The translations under genes and the position numbers were made by a program. The notes below the pieces were generated by a model, which was not told the DNA's origin, did no database searches, and saw only the letters and a program-made list of their open reading frames with translations. This document shows positions 45,301-61,848 of a stretch of DNA of 64,000 nt, one piece after another. Source of the DNA: Eledone cirrhosa (Eukaryota); contig OZ024742.1 of assembly GCA_964016885.1 (NCBI GenBank), positions 4,092,001-4,156,000 on the forward strand, read 5' to 3'. Position 1 is the first letter of the stretch, and the number at the start of each line of letters is the position of its first letter.

Positions 45301-48300
45301 ATAGATGCAACTGACCGTGGTCAGTAGAGCACCATGGCTGTCACATTGATAGATGCAACTGACCGTGGTCATTAGAGCATCACGGCTGTCACATTGATAG
45401 ATGCAACTGACCGTGGTCATTACAGCACCATGGCTGTCACATTGATAGATGCAACTGACCGTGGTCATTAGAGCACCATGGAGGTCACATTGATAGATGC
45501 AACTGACCGTGGTCAGTAGAGCACCATGGCTGTCACATTGATAGATGCAACTGACCGTGGTCATTAGAGCATCACGGCTGACACATAGATAGATGCAACT
45601 GACCGTGGTCATTACAGCACCATGGCAGTCACATTGATAGATGCAACTGACCGTTGTCATTAGAGCACCATGGCTGTCACATTGATAGATGCAACTGACC
45701 GTGGTCAGTAGAGCACCATGGCTGTCACATTGATAGATGCAATTGACCGTGGTCATTAGAGCACCATGGCTGTCACATTGATAGATGCAACTGACCGTGG
45801 TCATTAGAGCACCATGGCTGTCACATTGATAGATGCAACTGACCGTGGTCATTAGAGCACCATGGCTGTCACATTGATAGATGCAACTGACCGTGGTCAT
45901 TAGAGCACCATGGCTGTCACATTGATAGATGCAACTGACCGTGGTCAGTAGAGCACCATAGCTGTCACATTGATAGATGCAACTGACCGTGGTCATTAGA
46001 GCACCATGTCTGTCACATTGATAGATGCAACTGACCGTGGTCAGTAGAGCACCATGGCTGTCACATTGATAGATGCAATTGACCGTGGTCAGTAGAGCAC
46101 CATAGCTGTCACATTGATAGATGCAATTGACCGTGGTCATTAGAGCACCATGGCTGTCACATTGATAGATGCAACTGACCGTGGTCAGTAGAGCACCATG
46201 GCTGTCACATTGATAGATGCAACTGGCCGTGGTCATTAGAGCACCATGGCTGTCACATTGATAGATGCAACTGACCGTGGTCATTAGAGCACCATGGCTG
46301 TCACATTGATAGATGCAACTGACCGTGGTCAGTAGAGCACCATGGCTGTCACATTGATAGATGCAATTGACCGTGGTCATTAGAGCACCATGGCTGTCAC
46401 ACTGATAGATGCAACTGACCGTGGTCAGTAGAGCACCATGGATGTCACATTGATAGATGCAACTGACCGTGGTCAGTAGAGCACCACGCCTGTCACATTG
46501 ATAGATGCAACTGACCGTGGTCAGTAGAGCACAATGGATGTCACATTGATAGATGCAACTGACCGTGGTCATTAGAGCACTATGGCTGTCACATTGATAG
46601 ATGCAACTGACCGTGGTCAGTAGAGCACCATGGCTGTCACATTGATAGATGCAACTGACCGTGGTCAGTAGAGCACCATGGATGTCACATTGATAGATGC
46701 AACTGACCGTGGTCATTAGAGCACCATGGCTGTCACATTGATAGATGCAACTGACCGTGGTCAGTAGAGCATCACGGCTGTCACATTGATAGATGCACCT
46801 GACCGTGGTCAGTAGAGCACCATGGTTGTCACATTGATAGATGCACCTGACCGTGGTCAGTAGAGCACCATGGCTGTCACATTGATAGATGCAACTGACT
46901 GTGGTCATTAGAACACCATGTCTGTCACATTGATAGATGCAACTGACCGTGGTCAGTAGAGCATCACGGCTGTCATATTGATAGATGCACCTGACGTGGT
47001 CAGTAGAGCACCATGGCTGTCACATTGATAGATGCAACTGACCGTGGTCATTAGAGCATCACGGCTGTCACATTGATATATGCAACTGACCGTGGTCAGT
47101 AGAGCACCATGTCTGTCACATTGATAGATGCAACTGACCGTAGTCAGTAGAGCATCACGGCTGTCACATTGATATATGCAACTGACCGTGGTCATTACAG
47201 CACCATGGCTGTCACATTGATAGATGCAACTGACCGTGGTCGTTAGAGCATCACGGCTGTCACATTGATATATGCAACTGACCGTGGTCAGTAGAGCACC
47301 ATGTCTGTCACATTGATAGATGCAACTGACGGTGGTCAGTAGAGCACCATGGCTGTCACAATGATAGATGCAACTGACTGTGGTCAGTAGAGCACCATGG
47401 CTGTCACATTGATAGATGCACCTTACCGTGGTCATTAGAGCATCACGGCTGTCACATTGATAGATGCAACTGACTGTGGTCATTAGAACACCATGGCTGT
47501 CACATTGATAGATGCAACTGACCGTGGTCATTAGAGCACCATGGCTGTCACATTGATAGATGCAACTGACCGTGGTCAGTAGAGCATCACGGCTGTCATA
47601 TTGATAGATGCAACTGACCGTGGTCAGTAGAGCACCATAGCTGTCACATTGATAGATGCAACTGACCGTGGTCAGTAGAGCATCACGGCTGTCATATTGA
47701 TAGATGCACCTGACCGTGGTCAGTAGAGCACCATGGCTGTCACATTGATTGATGCAACTGACCGTGGTCATTAGAGCACCATGGCTGTCACATTGATAGA
47801 TGCACCTGACCGTGGTCATTAGAGCACCATGGCTGTCACTTTGATAGATGCAACTGACCGTGGTCATTAGAGCACCATGGCTGTCACATTGATAGATGCA
47901 ACTGACTGTGGTCATTAGAGCATCACGGCTGTCACATTGATAGATGCAACTGACCGTGGTCAGTAGAGCATCACGGCTGTCACATTGATAGATGCAACTG
48001 ACCGTGGTCATTAGAGCATCACGGCTGTCACATTGATAGATGCAACTGACCGTGGTCATTAGAGCACCATGGCTGTCACATTGATAGATGCAACTGACCG
48101 TGGTCAGTAGAGCACCACGGCTGTCACATTGATAGATGCAACTGACCGTGGTCATTAGAGCATCACGGCTGTCACATTGATAGATGCAACTGACCGTGGT
48201 CATTAGAGCATCACGGCTGTCACATTGATAGATGCAACTGACCGTGGTCATTAGAGCACCACGGCTGTCACATTGATAGATGCAACTGACCGTTGTTATT

Positions 48301-51300
48301 ACAGCACCATGGCTGTCACAATGATAGATGCAACTGACCGTGGTCATTACAGCACCATGGCTGTCACATTGATAGATGCAACTGACCGTGGTCAGTAGAG
48401 CACCACGGCTGTCCCATTGATAGATGCAACTGACCGTGGTCATTAGAGCATCACGGCTGTCACATTGATAGATGCAACTGACCGTGGTCATTAGCGCATC
48501 ACGGCTGTCACATTGATAGATGCAACTGACCGTGGTCAGTAGAGCACCATGGCTGTCACAATGATAGATGCAACTGACCGTTGTTATTACAGCACCATGA
48601 CTGTCACAATGATAGATGCAACTGACCGTGGTCATTACAGCACCATGGCTGTCACATTGATAGATGCAACTGACCGTGGTCATTAGCGCATCACGGCTGT
48701 CACATTGATAGATGCAACTGACCGTGGTCAGTAGAGCACCATGGATGTCACAATGATAGATGCAACTGACCGTGGTCAGTAGAGCACCATGGCTGTCACA
48801 TTGATAGATGCAACTGACCGTGGTCATTAGAGCATCACGGCTGTCACATTGATAGATGCAACTGACCGTGGTCAGTAGAGCACCATGGCTGTCACATTGA
48901 TAGATGCAACTGACCGTGGTCATTACAGCACCATGTCTGTCACAATGATAGATGCAACTGACCGTAGTCATTACAGCACCATGGCTGTCACATTGATAGT
49001 TGCAACTGACCGTGGTCAGTAGAGCACTATGGCTGTCACAATGATAGATGAAACTGACCGTGGTCAGTAGAGCACCATGGCTGTCACAATGATAGATGCA
49101 CCTGACCGTGGTCAGTAGAGCACCATGGCTGTCACATTGATAGATGCAACTGACCGTGGTCAGTAGAGCACCATGTCTGTCACATTGATAGATGCAACTG
49201 ACCGTGGTCATTACAGCACCATGGCTGTCACATTGATAGATGCAACTGACCGTGGTCAGTAGAGCACCATGGCTGTCACATTGATAGATGCAACTGACCG
49301 TGGTCAGTAGAGCACCATGGTTGTCACATTGATAGATGCAATTGACCGTAGTCATTACAGCACCATGGCTGTCACATTGATAGATGCAACTGACCGTTGT
49401 CATTACAGCACCATGGTTGTCACATTGAGAGATGCAATTAACCGTGGTCATTAGAGCACCATGGATGTCACAATGATAGATGCAACTGACTGTGGTCAGT
49501 AGAGCACCATGGTTGTCACATTGATAGATGCAACTGACTGTGGTCAGTAGAGCACCATGGTTGTCACATTGATAGATGCAATTGACCGTGGTCATTAGAG
49601 CACCATGTTTGTCACATTGATAGATGCAACTGACTGTGGTCAGTAGAGCACCATGGTTGTCACATTGATAGATGCAACTGACTGTGGTCAGTAGAGCACC
49701 ATGGTTGTCACATTGATAGATGCAATTGACCGTGGTCATTAGAGCACCATAGTTGTCACATTGATAGATGCAACTGACCGTGGTCATTACAGCACCATGG
49801 ATGTCACAATGATAGATGCAACTGACCGTGGTCATTACAGCACCATGGCTGTCACATTGATAGATGCAACTGACTGTGGTCAGTAGAGCACCATGGTTGT
49901 CACATTGATAGATGCAATTGACCGTGGTCATTAGAGCACCATGGCTGTCACATTGATAGATGCAACTGACCGTGGTCATTAGAGCATCATGTAGGTCACA
50001 TTGATAGATGCAACTGACCGTGGTCAGTAGAGCACCATGGCTGTCACATTGATAGATGCAACTGACCGTGGTCAGTAGAGCACCATGGTTGTCACATTGA
50101 CAGATGCAACTGACTGTGGTCAGTAGAGCACCATGGTTGTCACATTGATAGATGCAATTGACCGTGGTCATTAGAGCACCATGGATGTCACATTGATAGA
50201 TGCAACTGACCGTGGTCATTACAGCACCATGGCTGTCACATTGATAGATGCAACTGACCGTGGTCATTAGAGCACCATGGCTGTCACATTGATAGATGCA
50301 ACTGACCGTGGTCAGTAGAGCACCATGGCTGTCACATTGATAGATGCAACTGACCGTGGTCAGTAGAGCACCATGGCTGTCACATTGATAGATGCAACTG
50401 ACCGTGGTCAGTAGAGCACCATGGCTGTCACATTGATAGATGCAACTGACCGTGGTCATTAGAACACCATGGCTGTCACATTGATAGATGCACCTGACCG
50501 TGGTCATTAGAGCACCATGACTGTCACATTGATAGATGCAACTGACCGTGGTCAGTAGAGCACCATGGCTGTCACATTGATAGATGCAACTGACCGTGGT
50601 CATTAGAGCACCATGGCTGTCACATTGATAGATGCAACTGACCGTGGTCAGTAGAGCACCATGGCTGTCACATTGATAGATGCAACTGACCGTGGTCAGT
50701 AGAGCACCATGGCAGTCACATTGATAGATGCAACTGACAGTGGTCATTACAGCACCATGGCTGTCACATTGATAGATGCAACTGACCGTGGTCAGTAGAG
50801 CACCATGACTGTCACATTGATAGATGCAACTTACCGTGGTCAGTAGAACACCATGGCTGTCACATTGATAGATGCAATTGACCGTGGTCATTACAGCACC
50901 ATGGCTGTCACATTGATAGATGCACCTGACCGTGGTCATTACAGCACCATGTCTGTCACATTGATAGATGCAACTGACCGTGGTCATTACAGCACCATGG
51001 CTGTCACATTGATAGATGCAACTGACCGTAGTCATTAGAGCACCATGGCTGTCACATTGATAGATGCAATTGACCGTGGTCAGTAGAGCACCATGCCTGT
51101 CACATTGATAGATGCAACTGACCGTGGTCATTACAGCACCATGGCTGTCACAATGATAGATGCAACTGACCGTAGTCATTACAGCACCATGGCTGTCACA
51201 TTGATAGATGCAACTGACCGTGGTCAGTAGAGCACTATGGCTGTCGCAATGATAGATGCAACTGACCGTGGTCAGTAGAGCACCATGGCTGTCACAATGA

Positions 51301-54300
51301 TAGATGCACCTGACCGTGGTCAGTAGAGCACCATGGCTGTCACATTGATAGATGCAACTGACCATGGTCAGTAGAGCAACATGGCTGTCACATTGATAGA
51401 TGCAACTGACCGTGGTCAGTAGAGCACCATGGCTGTCACAATGATAGATGCAACTGACCATGGTCAGTAGAGCACCATGGCTGTCACATTGATAGATGCA
51501 ACTGACCCTGGTCATTACAGCACCATGGCTGTCACATTGATAGATGCAACTGACCGTAGTCATTAGAGCACCATGGCTGTTACATTGATAGATGCAACTG
51601 ACCGTGGTCATTACAGCACCATGGCTGTCACATTGATAGATGCAACTGACCGTGGTCAGTAGAGCACCATGGTTGTCACATTGATAGATGCAATTGACCG
51701 TGGTCATTAGAGCACCATGGATGTCACAATGATAGATGCAACTGACCGTGGTCAGTAGAGCACCATGGTTGTCACATTGATAGATGCAACTGACCGTGGT
51801 CATTACAGCACCATGGCTGTCACATTGATAAATGCAACTGACCGTGGTCAGTAGAGCACCATGGCTGTCACATTGATAGATGCAACTGACCGTGGTCAGT
51901 AGAGCACCATGGCTGTCACAATGATAGATGCAACTGACCGTGGTCAGTAGAGCACCATGGCTGTCACATTGATAGATGCAACTGACCGTGGTCATTACAG
52001 CACCATGGCTGTCACATTGATAGATGCAACTGACCGTGGTCATTACAGCACCATGGCTGTCACATTGATAGATGCAACTGACCGTGGTCAGTAGAGCACC
52101 ATGGTTGTCACATTGATAGATGCAATTGACCGTGGTCAGTAGAGCACCATGGCTGTCACAATGATAGATGCAACTGACCGTGGTCAGTAGAGCACCATGG
52201 CTGTCACATTGATAGATGCAACTGACCGTAGTCATTACAGCACCATGGCTGTCACATTGATAGATGCAACTGACCGTTGTCATTACAGCACCATGGCTGT
52301 CACAATGATAGATGCAACTGACTGTGGTCAGTAGAGCACCATGGCTGTCACATTGATAGATGCAACTGACTGTGGTCAGTAGAGCACCATGGTTGTCACA
52401 TTGAGAGATGCAATTAACCGTGGTCATTAGAGCACCATGGATGTCACAATGATAGATGCAACTGACTGTGGTTAGTAGAGCACCATGGTTGTCACATTGA
52501 TAGATGCAACTGACTGTGGTCAGTAGAGCACCATGGTTGTCACATTGATAGATGCAATTGACCGTGGTCATTAGAGCACCATGGTTGTCACATTGATAGA
52601 TGCAATTGACCGTGGTCATTAGAGCACCATGGTTGTCACATTGATAGATGCAACTGACCGTGGTGATTAGAGCACCATGGATGTCACAATGATAGATGCA
52701 ACTGACCGTGGTCATTACAGCACCATGGCTGTCACATTGATAGATGCAACTGACTGTGGTCAGTAGAGCACCATGGTTGTCACATTGATAGATGCAACTG
52801 ACCGTGGTCATTACAGCACCATGGCTCTCACATTGATAGATGCAACTGACCGTGGTCATTAGAGCATCATGGAGGTCACATTGATAGATGCAACTGACCG
52901 TGGTCAGTAGAGCACCATGGCTGTCACATTGATAGATGCAACTGACCGTGGTCATTACAGCACCATGGCTGTCACATTGATAGATGCAACTGACTGTGGT
53001 CATTAGAACACCATGTCTGTCACATTGATAGATGCAACTGACCGTGGTCAGTAGAGCATCACGGCTGTCATATTGATAGATGCACCTGACCCTGGTCAGT
53101 AGAGCACCATGGCTGTCACATTGATAGATGCAACTGACCGTGGTCATTAGAGCATCACGGCTGTCACATTGATATATGCAACTGACCGTGGTCAGTAGAG
53201 CACCATGTCTGTCACATTGATAGATGCAACTGACCGTGGTCATTACAGCACCATGGCTGTCACATTGATAGATGCAACTGACCGTGGTCATTACAGCACC
53301 ATGAATGTCACATTGATAGATGCAACTGACCGTGGTCATTAGAGCACCATGGCTGTCACATTGATAGATGCAATTGACCGTGGTCATTAGAGCACCATGG
53401 CTGTCACATTGATAGATGCAACTGACCGTGGTCAGTAGAGCACCATGGCTGTCACATTGATAGATGCAATTGACCGTGGTCATTAGAGCACCATGGCTGT
53501 CACATTGATAGATGCAACTGACCGTGGTCAGTAGAGCACCATGGCTGTCACATTGATAGATGCAACTGACCGTGGTCAGTAGAGCACCATGGCTGTCACA
53601 TTGATAGATGCAATTGACCGTGGTCATTAGAGCACCATGGCTGTCACATTGATAGATGCAACTGACTGTGGTCAGTAGAGCACCATGGCTGTCACATTGA
53701 TAGATGCAACTGACCGTGGTCATTAGAGCACCATGGCTGTCACATTGATAGATGCAACTGACCGTGGTCAGTAGAGCACCATGGCTGTCACATTGATAGA
53801 TGCAATTGACCGTGGTCATTAGAGCACCATGGCTGTCACATTGATAGATGCAACTGACCGTGGTCAGTAGAGCACCATGGCTGTCACATTGATAGATGCA
53901 ACTGACCGTGGTCATTAGAGCACCATGGATGTCACATTGATAGATGCAACTCACTGTGGTCAGTAGAGCACCATGGCTGTCACATTGATAGATGCAATTG
54001 ACCGTGGTCAGTAGAGCATCACGGCTGTCACATTGATAGATGCAACTGACTGTGGTCATTAGAACACCATGGCTGTCACATTGATAGATGCACCTGACCG
54101 TGGTCAGTAGAGCACCATGGCTGTCACATTGATAGATGCAACTGACTGTGGTCATTAGAACACCATGGCTGTCACATTGATAGATGCAACTGACCGTGGT
54201 CATTAGAGCATCACGGCTGTCACATTGATATATGCAACTGACCGTGGTCATTACAACACCATGGCTGTCACATTGATAGATGCAACTGACCGTGGTCATT

Positions 54301-57300
54301 AGAGCACCATGGCTGTCACATTGATAGATGCAACTGACCGTGGTCAGTAGAGCATCACGGCTGTCACATTGATATATGCAACTGACCGAGGTCATTAGAA
54401 CACCATGGCTGTCACATTGATAGATGCAACTGACCGTGGTCAGTAGAGCATCACGGCTGTCACATTGATAGATGCACCTTACCGTGGTCAGTAGAGCACC
54501 ATGGCTGTCACATTGATAGATGCAACTGACCGTGGTCATTAGAGCATCACGGCTGTCACATTGATATATGCAACTGACCGTGGTCAGTAGAGCACCATGT
54601 CTGTCACATTGATAGATGCAACTGACCGTGGTCATTACAGCACCATGGCTGTCACATTGATAGATGCAACTGACCGTGGTCATTACAGCACCATGGCTGT
54701 CACATTGATAGATGCAACTGACCGTGGTCATTACAGCACCATGGCTGTCACATTGATAGATGCAACTGACCGTGGTCATTACAGCACCATGGCTGTCACA
54801 ATGATAGATGCAACTGACCGTGGTCATTACAGCACCATGGCTGTCACATTGATAGATGCAACTGACCGTGGTCATTACAGCACCGTGGCTGTCACATTGA
54901 TAGATGCAACTGACCGTGGTCATTACAGCACCATGGCTGTCACATTGATAGATGCAACTGACCGTGGTCATTAGAGCATCACGGCTGTCACATTGATAGA
55001 TGCAACTGACCGTGGTCATTACAGCGCCATGGCTGTCACATTGATAGATGCAACTGACCGTGGTCATTACAGCACCATGGCTGTCACATTGATAGATGCA
55101 ACTGACCGTGGTCATTACAGCACCATGGCTGTCACATTGATAGATGCAACTGACCGTGGTCATTACAGCACCATGGCTGTCACATTGATAGATGCAACTG
55201 ACCGTGGTCATTACAGCACCATGGCTGTCACATTGATAGATGCAACTGACCGTGGTCATTAGAGCATCACGGCTGTCACATTGATAGATGCAACTGACCG
55301 TGGTCATTACAGCACCATGGCTGTCACATTGATAGATGCAACTGACCGTGGTCATTACAGCACCATGGCTGTCACAATGATAGATGCAACTGACCGTGGT
55401 CAGTAGAGCACCATGGCTGTCACATTGATAGATGCAACTGACCGTGGTCATTACAGCACCATGGCTGTCACAATGATAGATGCAACTGACCGTGGTCAGT
55501 AGAGCACCATGGCTGTCACATTGATAGATGCAACTGACCGTGGTCAGTAGAGCACCATGGCTGTCACATTGATAGATGCAACTGACCGTGGTCATTAGAG
55601 CACCATGGATGTCTCATTGATAGATGCAATTGAGCGTGGTCATTAGAGCACCATGGCTGTCACATTGATAGATGCAACTGACCGTGGTCATTAGAGCATC
55701 ACGGCTGTCACATTGATAGATGCAACTGACCGTGGTCATTACAGCACCATGGCTGTCACATTGATAGATGCAACTGACCGTGGTCATTACAGCACCATGG
55801 CTGTCACATTGATAGATGCAACTGACCGTGGTCATTAGAGCACCATGGAGGTCACATTGATAGATGCAACTGACCGTGGTCATTAGAGCACCATGGCTGT
55901 CACCTTGATAGATGCAACTGACCGTGGTCAGTAGAGCACCATGGCTGTCACATTGATAGATGCAACTGACCGTGGTCATTAGAGCATCACGGCTGTCACA
56001 TTGATAGATGCAACTGACCGTGGTCATTACAGCACCATGGCTGTCACATTGATAGATGCAACTGACCGTGGTCATTAGAGCACCATGGAGGTCACATTGA
56101 TAGATGCAACTGACCGTGGTCAGTAGAGCACCATGGCTGTCACAATGATAGATGCAACTGACCGTGGTCATTACAGCACCATGGCTGTCACAATGATAGA
56201 TGCAACTGACCGTGGTCAGTAGAGCACCATGGCTGTCACATTGATAGATGCAACTGACCGTGGTCAGTAGAGCACCATGGCTGTCACATTGATAGATGCA
56301 ACTGACCGTGGTCATTACAGCACCATGGCTGTCACATTGATAGATGCAACTGACCGTGGTCATTACAGCACCATGGCTGTCACATTGATAGATGCAACTG
56401 ACCGTGGTCATTAGAGCATCACGGCTGTCACATTGATAGATGCAACTGACCGTGGTCATTACAGCACCATGGCTGTCACATTGATAGATGCAACTGACCG
56501 TGGTCATTACAGCACCATGGCTGTCACAATGATAGATGCAACTGACCGTGGTCAGTAGAGCACCATGGCTGTCACATTGATAGATGCAACTGACCGTGGT
56601 CATTACAGCACCATGGCTGTCACAATGATAGATGCAACTGACCGTGGTCAGTAGAGCACCATGGCTGTCACATTGATAGATGCAACTGACCGTGGTCAGT
56701 AGAGCACCATGGCTGTCACATTGATAGATGCAACTGACCGTGGTCATTAGAGCACCATGGATGTCTCATTGATAGATGCAATTGAGCGTGGTCATTAGAG
56801 CACCATGGCTGTCACATTGATAGATGCAACTGACCGTGGTCATTAGAGCATCACGGCTGTCACATTGATAGATGCAACTGACCGTGGTCATTACAGCACC
56901 ATGGCTGTCACATTGATAGATGCAACTGACCGTGGTCATTACAGCACCATGGCTGTCACATTGATAGATGCAACTGACCGTGGTCATTAGAGCACCATGG
57001 AGGTCACATTGATAGATGCAACTGACCGTGGTCATTAGAGCACCATGGCTGTCACCTTGATAGATGCAACTGACCGTGGTCAGTAGAGCACCATGGCTGT
57101 CACATTGATAGATGCAACTGACCGTGGTCATTAGAGCATCACGGCTGTCACATTGATAGATGCAACTGACCGTGGTCATTACAGCACCATGGCTGTCACA
57201 TTGATAGATGCAACTGACCGTGGTCATTAGAGCACCATGGAGGTCACATTGATAGATGCAACTGACCGTGGTCAGTAGAGCACCATGGCTGTCACAATGA

Positions 57301-60300
57301 TAGATGCAACTGACCGTGGTCATTACAACACCATGGCTGTCACAATGATAGATGCAACTGACCGTGGTCAGTAGAGCACCATGGCTGTCACATTGATAGA
57401 TGCAACTGACCGTGGTCATTAGAGCACCATGTCTGTCACATTGATAGATGCAACTGACCGTGGTCAGTAGAGCACCATGGCTGTCACATTGATAGATGCA
57501 ATTGACCGTGGTCAGTAGAGCACCATAGCTGTCACATTGATAGATGCAATTGACCGTGGTCATTAGAGCACCATGGCTGTCACATTGATAGATGCAACTG
57601 ACCGTGGTCAGTAGAGCACCATGGCTGTCACATTGATAGATGCAACTGGCCGTGGTCATTAGAGCACCATGGCTGTCACATTGATAGATGCAACTGACCG
57701 TGGTCATTAGAGCACCATGGCTGTCACATTGATAGATGCAACTGACCGTGGTCAGTAGAGCACCATGGCTGTCACATTGATAGATGCAACTGACCGTGGT
57801 CAGTAGAGCACCATGGATGTCACATTGATAGATGCAACTGACCGTGGTCATTAGAGCACCATGGCTGTCACATTGATAGATGCAACTGACCGTGGTCAGT
57901 AGAGCATCACGGCTGTCACATTGATAGATGCACCTGACCGTGGTCAGTAGAGCACCATGGTTGTCACATTGATAGATGCACCTGACCGTGGTCAGTAGAG
58001 CACCATGGCTGTCACATTGATAGATGCAACTGACTGTGGTCATTAGAACACCATGTCTGTCACATTGATAGATGCAACTGACCGTGGTCAGTAGAGCATC
58101 ACGGCTGTCATATTGATAGATGCACCTGACCGTGGTCAGTAGAGCACCATGGCTGTCACATTGATAGATGCAACTGACCGTGGTCATTAGAGCATCACGG
58201 CTGTCACATTGATATATGCAACTGACCGTGGTCAGTAGAGCACCATGTCTGTCACATTGATAGATGCAACTGACCGTAGTCAGTAGAGCACCATGGCTGT
58301 CACATTGATAGATGCAACTGACCGTGGTCATTAGAGCATCACGGCTGTCACATTGATATATGCAACTGACCGTGGTCAGTAGAGCACCATGTCTGTCACA
58401 TTGATAGATGCAACTGACCGTGGTCATTAGAGCATCACGGCTGTCACATTGATATATGCAACTGACCGTGGTCATTACAGCACCATGGCTGTCACATTGA
58501 TAGATGCAACTGACCGTGGTCATTAGAGCATCACGGCTGTCACATTGATATATGCAACTGACCGTGGTCAGTAGAGCACCATGTCTGTCACATTGATAGA
58601 TGCAACTGACGGTGGTCAGTAGAGCACCATGGCTGTCACAATGATAGATGCAACTGACTGTGGTCAGTAGAGCACCATGGCTGTCACATTGATAGATGCA
58701 CCTTACCGTGGTCATTAGAGCATCACGGCTGTCACATTGATAGATGCAACTGACTGTGGTCATTAGAACACCATGGCTGTCACATTGATAGATGCAACTG
58801 ACCGTGGTCAGTAGAGCATCACGGCTGTCATATTGATAGATGCACCTGACCGTGGTCAGTAGAGCACCATGGCTGTCACATTGATAGATGCAACTGACCG
58901 TGGTCATTAGAGCACCATGGCTGTCACATTGATAGATGCACCTGACCGTGGTCATTAGAGCACCATGGCTGTCACTTTGATAGATGCAACTGACCGTGGT
59001 CAGTAGAGCATCACGGCTGTCACATTGATAGATGCAACTGACCGTGGTCATTAGAGCACCATGGCTGTCACATTGATAGATGCAACTGACCGTGGTCATT
59101 AGAGCATCACGGCTGTCACATTGATAGATGCAACTGACCGTGGTCATTAGAGCACCACGGCTGTCACATTGATAGATGCAACTGACCGTTGTTATTACAG
59201 CACCATGGCTGTCACAATGATAGATGCAACTGACCGTGGTCATTACAGCACCATGGCTGTCACATTGATAGATGCAACTGACCGTGGTCAGTAGAGCACC
59301 ACGGCTGTCCCATTGATAGATGCAACTGACCGTGGTCATTAGAGCATCACGGCTGTCACATTGATAGATGCAACTGACCGTGGTCATTAGCGCATCACGG
59401 CTGTCACATTGATAGATGCAACTGACCGTGGTCAGTAGAGCACCATGGCTGTCACAATGATAGATGCAACTGACCGTTGTTATTACAGCACCATGGCTGT
59501 CACATTGATAGATGCAACTGACCGTGGTCATTAGCGCATCACGGCTGTCACATTGATAGATGCAACTGACCGTGGTCAGTAGAGCACCATGGCTGTCACA
59601 ATGATAGATGCAACTGACCGTTGTTATTACAGCACCATGGCTGTCACAATGATAGATGCAACTGACCGTGGTCATTACAGCACCATGGCTGTCACATTGA
59701 TAGATGCAACTGACCGTGGTCAGTAGAGCACCACGGCTGTCCCATTGATAGATGCAACTGACCGTGGTCATTAGAGCATCACGGCTGTCACATTGATAGA
59801 TGCAACTGACCGTGGTCATTAGCGCATCACGGCTGTCACATTGATAGATGCAACTGACCGTGGTCAGTAGAGCACCATGGATGTCACAATGATAGATGCA
59901 ACTGACCGTGGTCAGTAGAGCACCATGGCTGTCACATTGATAGATGCAACTGACCGTGGTCATTAGAGCATCACGGCTGTCACATTGATAGATGCAACTG
60001 ACCGTGGTCAGTAGAGCACCACGGCTGTCACATTGATAGATGCAACTGACCGTGGTCAGTAGAGCACCATGGATGTCACAATGATAGATGCAACTGACCG
60101 TGGTCAGTAGAGCACCATGGCTGTCACATTGATAGATGCAACTGACCGTGGTCATTAGAGCATCACGGCTGTCACATTGATAGATGCACCTGACCGTGGT
60201 CAGTAGAGCACCATGGCTGTCACATTGATAGATGCAACTGACTGATCATTAGAGCACCATGGCTGTCACATTGATAGATGCAACTGACCGTGGTCATGAG

Positions 60301-61848
60301 AGCATCACGGCTGTCACATTGATAGATGCAACTGACCGTGGTCAGTAGAGCACCATGGATGTCACATTGATAGATGCAACTGACCGTGGTCATTACAGCA
60401 CCATGGCTGTCACATTGATAGATGCAACTGACCGTGGTCATTAGAGCATCACGGCTGTCACATTGATAGATGCAACTGACCGTGGTCAGTAGAGCACCAT
60501 GGCTGTCACATTGATAGATGCAACTGACCGTGGTCAGTAGAGCACCATGGCTGTCACATTGATAGATTCAACTGACCGTGGTCATTACAGCACCATGGCT
60601 GTCACATTGATAGATGCAACTGACCGTGGTCATTACAGCACCACGGCTGTCACATTGATAGATGCAACTGACCGTGGTCATTAGAGCATCACGCTGTCAC
60701 ATTGATAGATGCAACTGACCGTGGTCATTAGAGCATCACGGCTGTCACATTGATAGATGCACCTGACCGTGGTCAGTAGAGCACCATGGCTGTCACATTG
60801 ATAGATGCAACTGACTGATCATTAGAGCACCATGGCTGTCACATTGATAGATGCAACTGACCGTGGTCAGTAGAGCACCATGGCTGTCACATTGATAGAT
60901 GCAACTGACCGTGGTCAGTAGAGCACCATGGCTGTCACATTGATAGATTCAACTGACCGTGGTCATTACAGCACCATGGCTGTCACATTGATAGATGCAA
61001 CTGACCGTGGTCATTACAGCACCACGGCTGTCACATTGATAGATGCAACTGACCGTGGTCATTAGAGCATCACGCTGTCACATTGATAGATGCAACTGAC
61101 CGTGGTCATTAGAGCATCACGGCTGTCACATTGATAGATGCACCTGACCGTGGTCAGTAGAGCACCATGGCTGTCACATTGATAGATGCAACTGACTGAT
61201 CATTAGAGCACCATGGCTGTCACATTGATAGATGCAACTGACCGTGGTCATTAGAGCATCACGGCTGTCACATTGATAGATGCAACTGACCGTGGTCAGT
61301 AGAGCACCATGGATGTCACATTGATAGATGCAACTGACCGTGGTCATTACAGCACCATGGCTGTCACATTGATAGATGCAACTGACCGTGGTCATTAGAG
61401 CATCACGGCTGTCACATTGATAGATGCAACTGACCGTGGTCAGTAGAGCACCATGGCTGTCACATTGATAGATGCAACTGACCGTGGTCAGTAGAGCACC
61501 ATGGCTGTCACATTGATAGATTCAACTGACCGTGGTCATTACAGCACCATGGCTGTCACATTGATAGATGCAACTGACCGTGGTCATTACAGCACCACGG
61601 CTGTCACATTGATAGATGCAACTGACCGTGGTCATTAGAGCATCACGCTGTCACATTGATAGATGCAACTGACCGTGGTCATTAGAGCATCACGGCTGTC
61701 ACATTGATAGATGCAACTGACCGTGGTCAGTAGAGCACCATGGCTGTCACATTGATAGATGCAACTGACCGTGGTCATTAGAACATCATGGCTGTCACAT
61801 TGATAGATGCACCTGACCGTAGTCAGTAGAGCATCACGGCTGTCACAT
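36373..61848. repeat. Tandem satellite, 48-bp monomer (about 530 units)
   Basis: Consensus ATTGATAGATGCAACTGACCGTGGTCAGTAGAGCACCATGGCTGTCAC, with CAGTAG/CATTAG/CATTAC alleles. Confidence 0.99.

Noticed and set aside
38053-60155. Giant Cys/His-rich ORFs (up to 2951 aa of TTVSCIYQCDSHGALL repeats) on the minus strand
   Set aside because: They follow from a 48-bp (16-codon) monomer lacking stops in one frame. Stops (38053, 55614, 56766) and frameshifts occur, there are no unique termini, and the monomer is explained as RTE sequence on the opposite strand.
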